Assembly (NCBI GenBank): GCA_045597865.1
Contig: JAZLKX010000028.1
Coordinates: 44,224-108,223, forward strand
Direction: 5' to 3'
DNA from: Bacilli bacterium
GTDB lineage: Bacteria > Bacillota_I > Bacilli_A > RFN20 > CAG-826
Length of the DNA: 64,000 nt
Shown one piece after another: positions 20,253-30,600 of the stretch (position 1 is the first letter of the stretch; every line of letters begins with the position of its first letter). Below the pieces are notes generated by a model that saw nothing but the letters and a program-made list of their open reading frames with translations, searched no databases and was not told the DNA's origin. The position numbers and the translations under genes are program-made.

Positions 20253-21557
20253 TTATTTCACCCCGCATTTAATTTCTTTTCCAGTGTGTGGAACAAGTTT
20301 TCTATCTCTTAAAACGAATTTACCACGGATGATAACGTGTTGGAACTCACCTGCTCCAAGAATGCCATCATAGATTGAATAATCGCATGTTCCGTGATTC
20401 TCTTTTTCGAAATAATCTGGGATTTCTTTGAAGATTGAAATGTCTGCATCTTTGCCAACAGAAATCTCGCCTTTTGTAGGGAAATCCTGGAGAATTGCAG
20501 TGTTTTTTGACATTTTTTCAATGATTGGATCACCAAATCTTTTATACATAGTTGAGAAGCTGTGTTCGATTCCACCAACGCCTAATGGGAAGCCCATAAG
20601 GTGTGGATAATCTTTCTCTTTTTTCATAAATGCACAATGGTCGGTGCCAATGCACATTACGTCTGTATAGTATGCTGTTAAGAGTTGTCTTTCTCTTTCA
20701 CTTCTTAGAGGAGGAGCAAATGTAAATAGCTTGCCATTCTTCTCTTCTAAGACTGAATTATTGAATACAAAGTATTGAGGACAAGACTCAACAATGTAGT
20801 TTTTGTTTAAGATATCACTAAATTGTTCTTTTAGAGCTTTAAGTGTTTCTCCGCTTGAACAGTGAACCATATAGAAATTACCGCCAACTTCTCTAACTAG
20901 CTTTGCTAGCTTTAAAGCTTCACTAGTTTCAGAAAGTGATGGACGTGAGACTGGTAAATCTTTGAAAGTATAACTTTCTCTAAGATCAATCATGTTGTCA
21001 TTTTCGATATGAGCTTCAATCATTACATCATATTTCTTTGAAAGTTCGAGTAATGTCTTGATATCTTTATCATAGGTTCTGCGTCCGGTATCAGAATAAG
21101 TTGTAAACAACTTAATTGTCTTCATACCGAGCTTTTTGACGGTTTTAACGTATTCTTCAAGGTCGCCGTTTGGAATCTTTATGCATGCGTGCATATGGTA
21201 GTCAACTATGGATTTCTTTGCCAAAGCAATTCTTTCATAGTATGACTTTTCTAATTCCTCGGCATTACTTGTAGGATCTAAGAAATCTACAATAGTAGTA
21301 ACACCGCCATAGGCGGCTGCAACACTACCAGTGTAGAAATCATCGCACGATGTAACACGACCACAATTAAGCTCAAAGTGAACATGTGGATCAATTAAAC
21401 CTGGTAGGATTCTTAATCCTTCAGCGTCTAATACATCAAAAGCGTTTTTGATTTCATCTCCGATATAAACGATTTTCTCGCCTAAAATAGATAAATTGGT
21501 TTTAACCCATTTACCTTCTAGGTAGACTAATCCGTTTTTAATCGTTAAATCGTTCAT
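20253..21557 (-). CDS. cyclic amidohydrolase (dihydropyrimidinase/HyuA-like)
   Basis: PGLIDPHVH, GGVTT, HIEN, ESCPQY, PPLR, GTDHC. Confidence 0.85.
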   Translation of the reverse strand: MNDLTIKNGLVYLEGKWVKTNLSILGEKIVYIGDEIKNAFDVLDAEGLRILPGLIDPHVHFELNCGRVTSCDDFYTGSVAAAYGGVTTIVDFLDPTSNAEELEKSYYERIALAKKSIVDYHMHACIKIPNGDLEEYVKTVKKLGMKTIKLFTTYSDTGRRTYDKDIKTLLELSKKYDVMIEAHIENDNMIDLRESYTFKDLPVSRPSLSETSEALKLAKLVREVGGNFYMVHCSSGETLKALKEQFSDILNKNYIVESCPQYFVFNNSVLEEKNGKLFTFAPPLRSERERQLLTAYYTDVMCIGTDHCAFMKKEKDYPHLMGFPLGVGGIEHSFSTMYKRFGDPIIEKMSKNTAILQDFPTKGEISVGKDADISIFKEIPDYFEKENHGTCDYSIYDGILGAGEFQHVIIRGKFVLRDRKLVPHTGKEIKCGVK

Positions 21558-23872
21558 TATTTCTTTTCCTTCATTGCCTCAAAGATCTTTTCTGGAGTAA
21601 TTGGTAAGTGATGAATTCTTACGCCAAAAGCGTTATAAACAGCGTTGCATAAAACTGCTGGTGGAGTATCAATACCAATTTCACCAACTGACTTAGCACC
21701 GAACGGTCCTGTTGGTTCATAAGAATCAGCAAATTCGGTAACAAGTTCTCCAACTTCTTTACAGGTTGGAATGTGATAAGTATCAAATGTATTTGAAAGG
21801 AGTTTTCCTTTTTCGTTATAGATAACTGCCTCACTAGAAGCCATACCATAACCTTGAACAATACCACCTTCAACTTGGCCTTTGGCCAATGCTGGGTTGA
21901 TTGTTGTGCCACAGTCAGTAACTGTAACGTACTTAATCATCTTATATTCATAAGTTTCGGTATCAAATTCAAATTCTCCAAATGCTGCCATAAATGGAGG
22001 TGGAGAAACATGACCATGATATGATTCTGTAACAGCGATTTGATGTGTATCGTTGTTATAAAGTCTTCCAGTTGATAAATCAACTAAGGAGATTTCTTTA
22101 TCTCCAGCTTTGAAGACTTTGCCATCAAATTCAACATCATCTGGTTTAGCTTTAAGTTCAACTGCTGCTTCTTTAATGAGTCTTTCTCTCATCTTGCAAG
22201 CTGCATTATATGCAGCATTACCAGAAACATAGGTTGTCGATGAAGCGTAAGCACCACAATCGTATGGAGTTAAGTCTGTATCAGATGAATAGATAATGAC
22301 TTTGTCCATTGTTGTTTGTAGTGCTTCTGCAACGATTTGAGAAATAACGGTATCAGAACCTTGTCCGATATCGGTTGCACCGACAGTAACCATGTAAGAG
22401 CCACCATCATTAAGTTTTATTGTACAAGAACCCATGTCTAAGAATGGAATTCCTGAACCTTGCATAGCAATGGCACAGCCAACTGATCTAATCTTGTGGT
22501 CTCCAACTTTCTTAACTGGGTATTTCTTATCCCAATCCATAAGTTCTCTACCACGTTTAATACAATATGGAAGCTTGCAGGATTCCATAATCATTTCTGT
22601 ACCTTCGGTACCTTCACCCATAATCTTAAAGATTGGTGAAGTTTCTTGCTCTTTCATGGAGTTAATCTCACGAAGTTTGATTGGATCCATGTGAAGAGCT
22701 TCTGCGAGTTCATCTATGATGGACTCGACAGCATAGTTACCTTGAATAGCACCATATCCACGATATGCGCCTGCAGATACGTGGTTGGAGTAAACAACTT
22801 TACCACCAAATTTAACGGCTTTAACTTTGTTATAAAGTGGTAAAACCTTTGAACCAACAATCATGAAGACTGTTAAGGCGTGTTCACCATAAGCACCTGT
22901 ATCAGAAAGTGTTCTACAATCGATTGCGTTAATAACGCCATCTTTGTTAGCACCAACTCTAAGAGAAATTCTCATTGGGTGTCTTGTGTAGGAACAACCA
23001 AAGACTTCTTCACGAGTGTAAACACATTTTGCAGGTCTATTTGTTCTTAAAGTAACAAGGGAAACAAACATTTCTCCATGGAAAGCTTGCTTTCCACCAA
23101 AGCCACCACCAACTCTTGGTTTAATGACTCTAACTCTATCAACTGGAAGACCTAAGGTCTTGCAGATGATTCTACGCATGTGATATGGAGTTTGAGTTGT
23201 AGAATAAACAACAAGTCTATTGTGCTCGTCTAAGCGTGCATTACAAGTGTGTGGCTCAATCATAGCGTGGGCTTGTGCTTGTGAATAGAATGTGTCTTCG
23301 ACAACAACTTCAGATTTCTTTAATTCTTCTTCAACATTACCAACTTCCATCTCATAGGCTGCTGCAACGTTCTTCTTTGGTTCAAAACCAATTGGGAACA
23401 TGTCGTGAATGCCATCTTCTGGGTGAATAACTGATTTGTTTTCGAATGCTTTTTCAAAATCTAAAACTGGTTCTAAAACTTCATAATCAACTTTGATTAA
23501 TTTCATAGCTGCTAGAGCAGTTTCTTCATCAACTGCTGCAACAGCGGCAACTTCATCACCAACATAACGAACGTATTCATCTAAGATGAACTTGTCGTAT
23601 GGTGATGGTTCTGGATAACCTTGGCCCGCACGTGTAAATGAAACATGTGGAACGTTATCTTTTGTAAGAATACAGGCAACACCTGGATACTTTTCAGCTT
23701 CGCTGACATCGATAGATTTAATTCTAGCGAATGCATGTGGAGATCTTAAGATCTTAACAATTAAAGCACCTTGTGGAGCTAAGTCATCGGTGTAAACACC
23801 GCGACCTTGCATTAAGCCTTTTCCATCAACGGAAGGAGTTAAGTTGTTTACAACTTTGAAATTCTTTTTCAT
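21557..23872 (-). CDS. second Mo-hydroxylase large subunit (XdhD/YgfN-like)
   Basis: LRSPHA.ARI, GGGFGGKQ, AYRGYGA.Q, YASSTT, GAKSVGE. Confidence 0.9.
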   Translation of the reverse strand: MKKNFKVVNNLTPSVDGKGLMQGRGVYTDDLAPQGALIVKILRSPHAFARIKSIDVSEAEKYPGVACILTKDNVPHVSFTRAGQGYPEPSPYDKFILDEYVRYVGDEVAAVAAVDEETALAAMKLIKVDYEVLEPVLDFEKAFENKSVIHPEDGIHDMFPIGFEPKKNVAAAYEMEVGNVEEELKKSEVVVEDTFYSQAQAHAMIEPHTCNARLDEHNRLVVYSTTQTPYHMRRIICKTLGLPVDRVRVIKPRVGGGFGGKQAFHGEMFVSLVTLRTNRPAKCVYTREEVFGCSYTRHPMRISLRVGANKDGVINAIDCRTLSDTGAYGEHALTVFMIVGSKVLPLYNKVKAVKFGGKVVYSNHVSAGAYRGYGAIQGNYAVESIIDELAEALHMDPIKLREINSMKEQETSPIFKIMGEGTEGTEMIMESCKLPYCIKRGRELMDWDKKYPVKKVGDHKIRSVGCAIAMQGSGIPFLDMGSCTIKLNDGGSYMVTVGATDIGQGSDTVISQIVAEALQTTMDKVIIYSSDTDLTPYDCGAYASSTTYVSGNAAYNAACKMRERLIKEAAVELKAKPDDVEFDGKVFKAGDKEISLVDLSTGRLYNNDTHQIAVTESYHGHVSPPPFMAAFGEFEFDTETYEYKMIKYVTVTDCGTTINPALAKGQVEGGIVQGYGMASSEAVIYNEKGKLLSNTFDTYHIPTCKEVGELVTEFADSYEPTGPFGAKSVGEIGIDTPPAVLCNAVYNAFGVRIHHLPITPEKIFEAMKEKK

Positions 23873-24324
23873 TATTTCTTACCTCCTAAGAAAGCTTTAA
23901 TTGCTTTTTGTTGGGATTGATAACCTGTGCATCTGCAGAGGTTTCCAACCATGTAATCTTTGATTTCTTCATCGGTTGGATGAGGATTTTCTTTCTTGAG
24001 TGCGTGCACCATGAGTGCAAATGCTGCATTACAGAATCCACATTGATCTGCGCCTTCTTTTGAGAAGCATTCAGAAAGTGCTGCTGCTTCATCTTGAATG
24101 GATTCAACAGTCATCACTTTGTGACCTTCAACTTTTGCAGTTAAAAGTGAACAGGATAAGACTGGTTTATCATCTACTAATACTGTACATGCTCCGCATG
24201 AGGAACCATCACAGCCTTTTTTAACGGATTTAACTCCATAATTACGAAGTGTATCTAAAAGATACTCTCCAGGTTTGACATTGACTTCAACATCTAAACC
24301 ATTAAGGTTGAATTTGACTAACAT
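23872..24324 (-). CDS. [2Fe-2S] subunit of the second Mo-hydroxylase
   Basis: GCDGSSCGAC, QCGFC, GNLCRCTGY. Confidence 0.9.
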   Translation of the reverse strand: MLVKFNLNGLDVEVNVKPGEYLLDTLRNYGVKSVKKGCDGSSCGACTVLVDDKPVLSCSLLTAKVEGHKVMTVESIQDEAAALSECFSKEGADQCGFCNAAFALMVHALKKENPHPTDEEIKDYMVGNLCRCTGYQSQQKAIKAFLGGKK

Positions 24325-25091
24325 TATTTAGATACCTCCTCAAGAGCACGTCTTACGTATGTGAGTGCGAGTTGTTTACGATAAGCACTCTTGGTGGCAA
24401 TGCTATCTCCGAACTTAAGTTCTTCAACTGCAAGTTCGGCAGCTTTAGCAAAATCTTTGCCACCCTCATTTAAGTATTTCATTGAATTTTCGCAAAGTGC
24501 TGCAACTAAAGGACGTGAACCTACAACGACTTTGTATTCTTTGCCTTTTACGACTGCAACATTAAGGATTGGATAATCTAAAGCTGTGATTTCTACCTTC
24601 TTAAAATAGGCTTTGTTTTTATCCTTGAAAATACGGATATTTGTTAAAATTCCATCGTAAAACCCAGGTTTTTTGACATATTCATCAAGTGTAATGACTG
24701 CTTCAGGATAAAAGACAAGTTCAACATGATGAGCAAGTAAAACTGTAATGATATCAGAGAATCCATACTTGCCATAAACTGAACCACCAACAGTTGCGAT
24801 TTCTCTAAATGCTGGGCCCATAATAGCTTTGGTTGCCTCTCTAATAACTTCTGGTACGAGTGGAGATTTTTCAAGTTCTCTTTGGGAAACCATTGCACCG
24901 ACTTCAACATAATCTTTTTTATCTTCAATCTTGTCTAAACCAAGAAGTGAGAGATCGATTAATGTGTCGACATCTGCGTTTCCTTTCTTTAACCAAAGAC
25001 CACCTGCAACAATTTTATTACGAGGAGACTCTTTGACTAACTTGTAAGCTTCTTCTAAAGAAGATGCTCTTAGGAAAGATTTTGCTTTCAT
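24324..25091 (-). CDS. FAD-binding subunit (YgfM-like)
   Basis: AGGLWL, ATVGGSV, S.YR C-terminal motif. Confidence 0.85.
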   Translation of the reverse strand: MKAKSFLRASSLEEAYKLVKESPRNKIVAGGLWLKKGNADVDTLIDLSLLGLDKIEDKKDYVEVGAMVSQRELEKSPLVPEVIREATKAIMGPAFREIATVGGSVYGKYGFSDIITVLLAHHVELVFYPEAVITLDEYVKKPGFYDGILTNIRIFKDKNKAYFKKVEITALDYPILNVAVVKGKEYKVVVGSRPLVAALCENSMKYLNEGGKDFAKAAELAVEELKFGDSIATKSAYRKQLALTYVRRALEEVSK

Positions 25092-25657
25092 AAAGTAAGT
25101 TCCTTTCTTTGTAATTCAATGAATTTGTTGTAATCTTCAATTGTATCAATGTCAAAATTGATAAATGGATCATCTACTGGAATTATTTCCACCACATCAT
25201 TATGTTTAGAAATAAAATCACAGAGCTTAGAATCTAAAGATTCTTCACACAATAATTCAACATATTTCTTTGAAATATAAACAGGATGTCCTGTTTCTCC
25301 TTCATAAGAAGGAATACGGATATCCTTGTTTCCGTGAAGCAAAGCTTCAATTGTTGAATTATTCACATTTGTGATGTCACCTGGGAGTATGAGCACATCA
25401 CTCTTGCTTGCGCGTGCGCCAGCAAGCACCGATGTAAACATGCCTAAAGAAAAATCCTTGTTATAAATAACCTTAACATCAGACAAATGAGGAACGAGTT
25501 CATCATTATATCTTCCGGTTACAACAAGGATTTCATCAACGTAATTTCTTAAAGAGTCAATTGTATGACGAATAAGAGGTTTACGATCTACCTCCAGGAG
25601 GAGCTTATTAACTTTGGCTCGGGATGAACATCCTCCCGCAAGGACAATTCCAACCAT
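25088..25657 (-). CDS. mocA: molybdenum cofactor cytidylyltransferase (MocA/YgfJ-like)
   Basis: LAGG.SSR, KLLL, GM..S, PGD, GHPV, DIDT.EDY; first gene of the Mo-enzyme operon. Confidence 0.8.
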   Translation of the reverse strand: MVGIVLAGGCSSRAKVNKLLLEVDRKPLIRHTIDSLRNYVDEILVVTGRYNDELVPHLSDVKVIYNKDFSLGMFTSVLAGARASKSDVLILPGDITNVNNSTIEALLHGNKDIRIPSYEGETGHPVYISKKYVELLCEESLDSKLCDFISKHNDVVEIIPVDDPFINFDIDTIEDYNKFIELQRKELTL

Positions 25658-25730
25658 TAAGTTTCTCCTATGTGTGTGCCTATATTTTACACGTATATGT
25701 AAGAGGTTTCAATAATTTGTTATATAACAA

Positions 25731-25763
25731 AAAAAGGATTACCGATTTGGCAATCCTTGTTTT
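25731..25763 (-). terminator. terminator between membrane protein gene and mocA
   Basis: AAGGATTGCC/GGTAATCCTT stem + T-run. Confidence 0.65.
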
Positions 25764-25780
25764 GATTAAATTTTAAAGAA

Positions 25781-26464
25781 TTATTTTAAGAAAATTGTGG
25801 AGACAACTGCTGCACAAATCATAACTGCTGCGAAGACTGGTGAATAAGCAAAATGTTGGACTTTTGCAGTGAATTTTGCGAAATTTGGACGCTTTTTAAG
25901 TGCTCTAACACCAACACCGATTCCCATGTATGCAGCGCAATATGCAAACGAAATTGCATTCATTGTGACAACGTATTCAAGAATCTTTGACCAGTTAACA
26001 ATTCCATCTACGATGTATGCACTTTGGAATGGAACTGCTGTTGCCATTGAATAACCAACATAAACGGTTCTAATAAGGGTTGAAGCAACAACGAAAGTAA
26101 CAAAGGATTTTAATGAACAAATCTTTTCTGGTTTTGTAACTGCAAATGCTGCAGCCATAATTCCAGATTCCATAATGATTGCTACCATTGGGTTGATAAC
26201 CTTGTTAACCATTGGAACAAAGAAGAAACAAATAGTCTTAATTGCTGCGGCAACAATACCTACATATAAAGCAGTTCTGGCTTTGCCAGTTACTTTGTAT
26301 GCTCTACCACAGATCATATAAGCAATTGGGAACATGACAGCTGTTGATGCAAAAATAATTGAATCAAATGCATCTAAATGTAAAAGAGTTCCTAAAGTTG
26401 CTTCAAGTAAGCCCCAAAGGCCACCGAGCATTAAGACTGTAATGATGAGTTTTGATTTTTTCAT
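25781..26464 (-). CDS. multi-pass membrane protein, possibly ECF S-component-like
   Basis: ~6-7 hydrophobic segments, GGLWGLLEATLG motif; start MKKSK at 26464 has a GAGGTG RBS. Confidence 0.6.
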   Translation of the reverse strand: MKKSKLIITVLMLGGLWGLLEATLGTLLHLDAFDSIIFASTAVMFPIAYMICGRAYKVTGKARTALYVGIVAAAIKTICFFFVPMVNKVINPMVAIIMESGIMAAAFAVTKPEKICSLKSFVTFVVASTLIRTVYVGYSMATAVPFQSAYIVDGIVNWSKILEYVVTMNAISFAYCAAYMGIGVGVRALKKRPNFAKFTAKVQHFAYSPVFAAVMICAAVVSTIFLK

Positions 26465-26649
26465 AAATTTCACCTCGCTAATAATGAGTTTATCAAAATA
26501 TTTTTGCTTCAAAAAGTAAAAATTTTTGCCTCGCGCGCGCTCAGTTTAACCTTGAAACTGCGGGCGCATAAAAATTATTTTTAATTTAATAAGAGAGTGC
26601 TATAATTTGTCTCGTCGATTTTAGCAGCAAAAAGTTGGTATAAATTTTT

Positions 26650-27201
26650 ATGAGACTCGTAAACAAAAGACCAGTATTCAGAATCACATTTCTTGCTCTC
26701 AATTTAGCACTCTATATTGGGTTATCTTTTATCTCAATTCGTTTGCCTGGACAAGAGATTACTTTTAAAGGTTTGCCGCTCGTCTTTGTTTCTTGCGTTT
26801 CAGGACCATTGGATGGGGTTTTTGTGGCGATTTTCGGCGAATTTATCGCACAACTTACTTCTGCTTATGGCTTAACACCAACCACTGCATTATGGATTTT
26901 ACCGCACGTTTTCAGAGCCTTAATTGTGGGCTTTATGATGCGCAAAAAAGATGTATTTGAAAACAAAAAATGGTGGGTGTTTACTGTCATACTTTCTGGC
27001 ATCGCTGTCACCGTTTCAAATTCTATCGTCATCTACCTTGATGGAGTGATTATGAATTATCCATCAGTGTTAACTGCAATAACAATGTTAACAAGAGCTG
27101 CTGCAAGTATTGCAACATCAATTGTTTATATCATATTAATTCCACTGCTTATAAAACCAATTATGAAAGCAGGAAAACTTGAAAGAAAAAGCAGTGAATA
27201 A
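26650..27201 (+). CDS. ECF transporter S component (folate FolT-like)
   Basis: 183 aa, ~6 TM, ITF..LP.....GP..G pattern. Confidence 0.7.
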   Translation: MRLVNKRPVFRITFLALNLALYIGLSFISIRLPGQEITFKGLPLVFVSCVSGPLDGVFVAIFGEFIAQLTSAYGLTPTTALWILPHVFRALIVGFMMRKKDVFENKKWWVFTVILSGIAVTVSNSIVIYLDGVIMNYPSVLTAITMLTRAAASIATSIVYIILIPLLIKPIMKAGKLERKSSE

Positions 27202-27663
27202 TCACTGCTTTTCAAATCCCTTTTTCATCTTGGCCATCATGCGTTCATCATCACGCTTTTTAATGGTTTCTCTTTTATCGTATAATTTCTTACCTTTTGC
27301 CAATGCAACCTCTACTTTTACTTTGCCTTTCTTAAGATAAACCTTTGTTGGGACAATTGTCATAACTTTCTCTTTTGCCTTTTTGCCCATCTTAAGAATT
27401 TCATTTTTATGTAATAAAAGTTTACGAGTTCTATTTGGTTCATGGTTGAATGAATTGCCGTGTTCATAAGGAGCAATGTGCATGTTTAAAATAAATGCTT
27501 CATCATCCTTAATTACTATGTAAGAATCAGTTAAAGATGCTCCATTTTTACGAATGGATTTAATTTCAGATCCTTTAAGTTCAATTCCGCACTCCAAAAA
27601 ATCCTCTAAGAAATAGAGAAACTTGGCTTTAGAATTGTTGACTAGAATTTTGATTCCTTCCAT
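27202..27663 (-). CDS. smpB: SsrA-binding protein
   Basis: GIEL.GSEIKSIR, NHEP.RTRKLLLHK.EI, GKKLYDKRE. Confidence 0.97.
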   Translation of the reverse strand: MEGIKILVNNSKAKFLYFLEDFLECGIELKGSEIKSIRKNGASLTDSYIVIKDDEAFILNMHIAPYEHGNSFNHEPNRTRKLLLHKNEILKMGKKAKEKVMTIVPTKVYLKKGKVKVEVALAKGKKLYDKRETIKKRDDERMMAKMKKGFEKQ

Positions 27664-27673
27664 TCTTTTTACC

Positions 27674-30600
27674 TCAGTGTTTCTTCTTCAAAGCAACACA
27701 TATAATAGTAATTATAGCACCAACAGCTACTGCTCCACCACCAGCAGCTCCTGCAATAACTGCAATATTTGGATTTTCCTTTGGTGGTTCAGGTGTTTGC
27801 TTTTCATTTATTTTAACAATGTAATGAACTGTTTTTTCTACACCATTTTCCTTATAGGAAACAGTAATAATATCATTACCAGCTTTTGTTCCATTAAAAC
27901 CGCTAACTGAGGTTGGTTGAACAACCTTGCTTGATGAGTTGTTGTAGAAAGCAGTTACAACTAATCCTTCCATTGAGAAAGTATCTCCGACATCATACTC
28001 AGCTTTGTAATCGCCAGAAACTTCGATATAACTAAGCTGTAATTGGATTAACTTAATTGTGTAAGTTGCAGAAACTGAAACACCATCTTCTTCGTATGAA
28101 ACGGTAATTGTTTGATAACCAACTTCAGTAGAACTAAATCCACTAACATCGAATGTATCGATTTCTCTTGTAGTACCATCAGAATAAATAGCGGTAACTT
28201 TCAATCCATCATATGTAAATTCATCACCTGTATAGAACTCTTTTGGATACTTTCCAGAGAGTTTGATGGAAGATAGTGTTACAGGTGAAATAACCGTGAT
28301 TTCGTAGGTATTTTCCACTGTTTTCCCGTTTTCTTCATATTCTACAAGAATTTCTTGATCGCCTGGTTCTAACATGTCATAACCGCTAATTGATGTAGGC
28401 TCAACTATCTTGCTTGAACCATCGTCATAATGAGCTGTTACAATCAATCCATCAGAGTTAAATTCTTCACCTAATTCAAATTCTTCTTGGTAATCTCCAG
28501 AGAGGGAGATGTGTGTCAAGACAACAGGAATTTCTTCAACATTAATTTTGTATGTTGCATAAAGTTCACCATAATAAACTGTTACCGTTTGTTCTCCTGC
28601 TTCTTGCATATCATAACCAGTAATCTCGGTTGGAGAAACTTTGCCTTCGGTTTTGTTATTGTATTTTGCAGTAACAATCAATCCTTCACTTGTAAAAGTA
28701 TCTCCTACTATGTAGGAAGTCTTATAAGTTCCAGATAATTCAATCGATTCAGCTTCAACAGCAATAACTGTTACATCAAACGTTGCGGTTTTCTCTATTC
28801 CTAATTCATTTACATATACTGTAATAGTTTGTTTGCCTACTAAATTTTTATCATAACCAATAATGTTTGTTGGATAAGTTTCTTTATGACTTCCATTGTT
28901 ATAATATGCTTCAACTTTCAAACCTGCAGTAAGTAAGTCTTCTCCTACAAAGTAGGTTGTTTTGTTTGGTTCAGAAGTAATTACAATGTGATCAAGCAAA
29001 ATAGCATTTACAGTAATTGAATAAGTATCAGTTACTGTTTTGCTTCCCTCAGTATAACTGACTGTTACCGTTTGTTCACCAATTTCATCCATGTCGTAAC
29101 CAGTAAATATGACATCATCTGAAACATCGATAATGCATCCATTATCTAATGTGCATTTTGCAACAATTCCAGCACCAGAAAATTCATCACCTACAAAGTA
29201 GGAAGTCTTTGATGGCTCGCTTTCGATATCTAACGAAAGTGGGGTGGCAGCAACAACAGTGACTGTGTATGTTTCAGTTAAAGTTGTTCCTTTTTCAACA
29301 TAAGTAACAGTGATTGTTTGGTCGCCCAATTTTGTCTTATTATAACCTGTTACTGAGTAATTGGTTATTTGGTTACTATCGCCATTGTTATAATTGCAAA
29401 CAACAACTAAACCATCATATGTAAAATCTTGGTTTTCAATAAATGTTGTTTTGTAATTTCCTGATAAAACAATTTCAGTTGGAATAATATTACTTACAGT
29501 AATTGAATAAGAATCAGACTCAGTGACATTATTTTCGGTGTATGAAACAGTTACAGTTTGATTTCCGGCAACTGATAAATCATAACCTGAGAATTCTGGC
29601 TCAACTTGAGAATATAAACCATTACTAAATTGGGCAGTTGTTACCAAACCACTTGTATTGAGTTGATCACCAACAAAATATGAAGTTTGATATGAACCGC
29701 TAATAGCAACATCTTCAAGTACTCGTGCACTTGGAGTTCCACCGCTATAAGTTACCTCAATTGAAATGATTTTTACTTGGCCGCTTGTTCCGCCAGAACT
29801 ATTTCCTACATTATAGAAAAGTGAATCACAACTAGTTGTAATTGAACCACCTGAAACAAGTGGAACATTTTTGAATAATAATGAACCATTATTTGCAGGT
29901 GTATAAACAATAATGACTTCATTTAATTTGTAACCTTCATCAACTGAAACAGTTAGAACTGGAGATTCACTTTGATAAATTCTCCACTCGTACCCACTTG
30001 AATAATATTTTCCAGAATTAGAGCCACCTGAAACCGAAACAGTAACAACATTATCTAAATCAAAACTTGTATATTTGCTTGAATTTGCCCAAGAATTTTC
30101 AGATGCAATACTTTGTATTGTTTTTGATACATTTACAGCTTGAGCTGGATCTTTAATAACTGAAATTGTGTATGAGGCATCAACGTTTTCTTTATAGGTT
30201 ACGGTTATAGTTTTTGTGCCTACTGTACTCATGTCTGGATTAGAAATTGAGCATTTATCCGAAACATCGAAAGTTGTTCCGTTATTGTTGTGTGCAGTTA
30301 TTACTAAACCTTCACTAGTAAATGTTTCGCCTTGAATGAATTCGATTTTATAATCACCGCTTAAATCAATTGAAATAACACTAATATTATTAACTTTTAC
30401 TTGATAACCAGATGATTTAGTCACTCCGCCTTCAGTGTAAGAAACAACCAGTTTTTTGTAACCTGTTGTACTTGAATCAAAACCTGTAATAACTACTGAT
30501 GAAGTTACATCAACAGTTGAGAAATCACTGTAGTGAGCATTAACTACAAGACCAGTATTATCAAAAGCGTCGCCCTTATAAAATTGTGTTTTAGGGGTTC

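Noticed and set aside
9600-25657. Selenocysteine or UGA=Trp recoding in the Se-linked cluster
   Set aside because: All ORFs are full length in code 11 with no in-frame TGA, and TGA serves as a stop elsewhere (e.g. smpB).
26520-26580. Moco riboswitch upstream of the membrane protein
   Set aside because: Only one hairpin is visible; I cannot see the multi-stem Moco motif.
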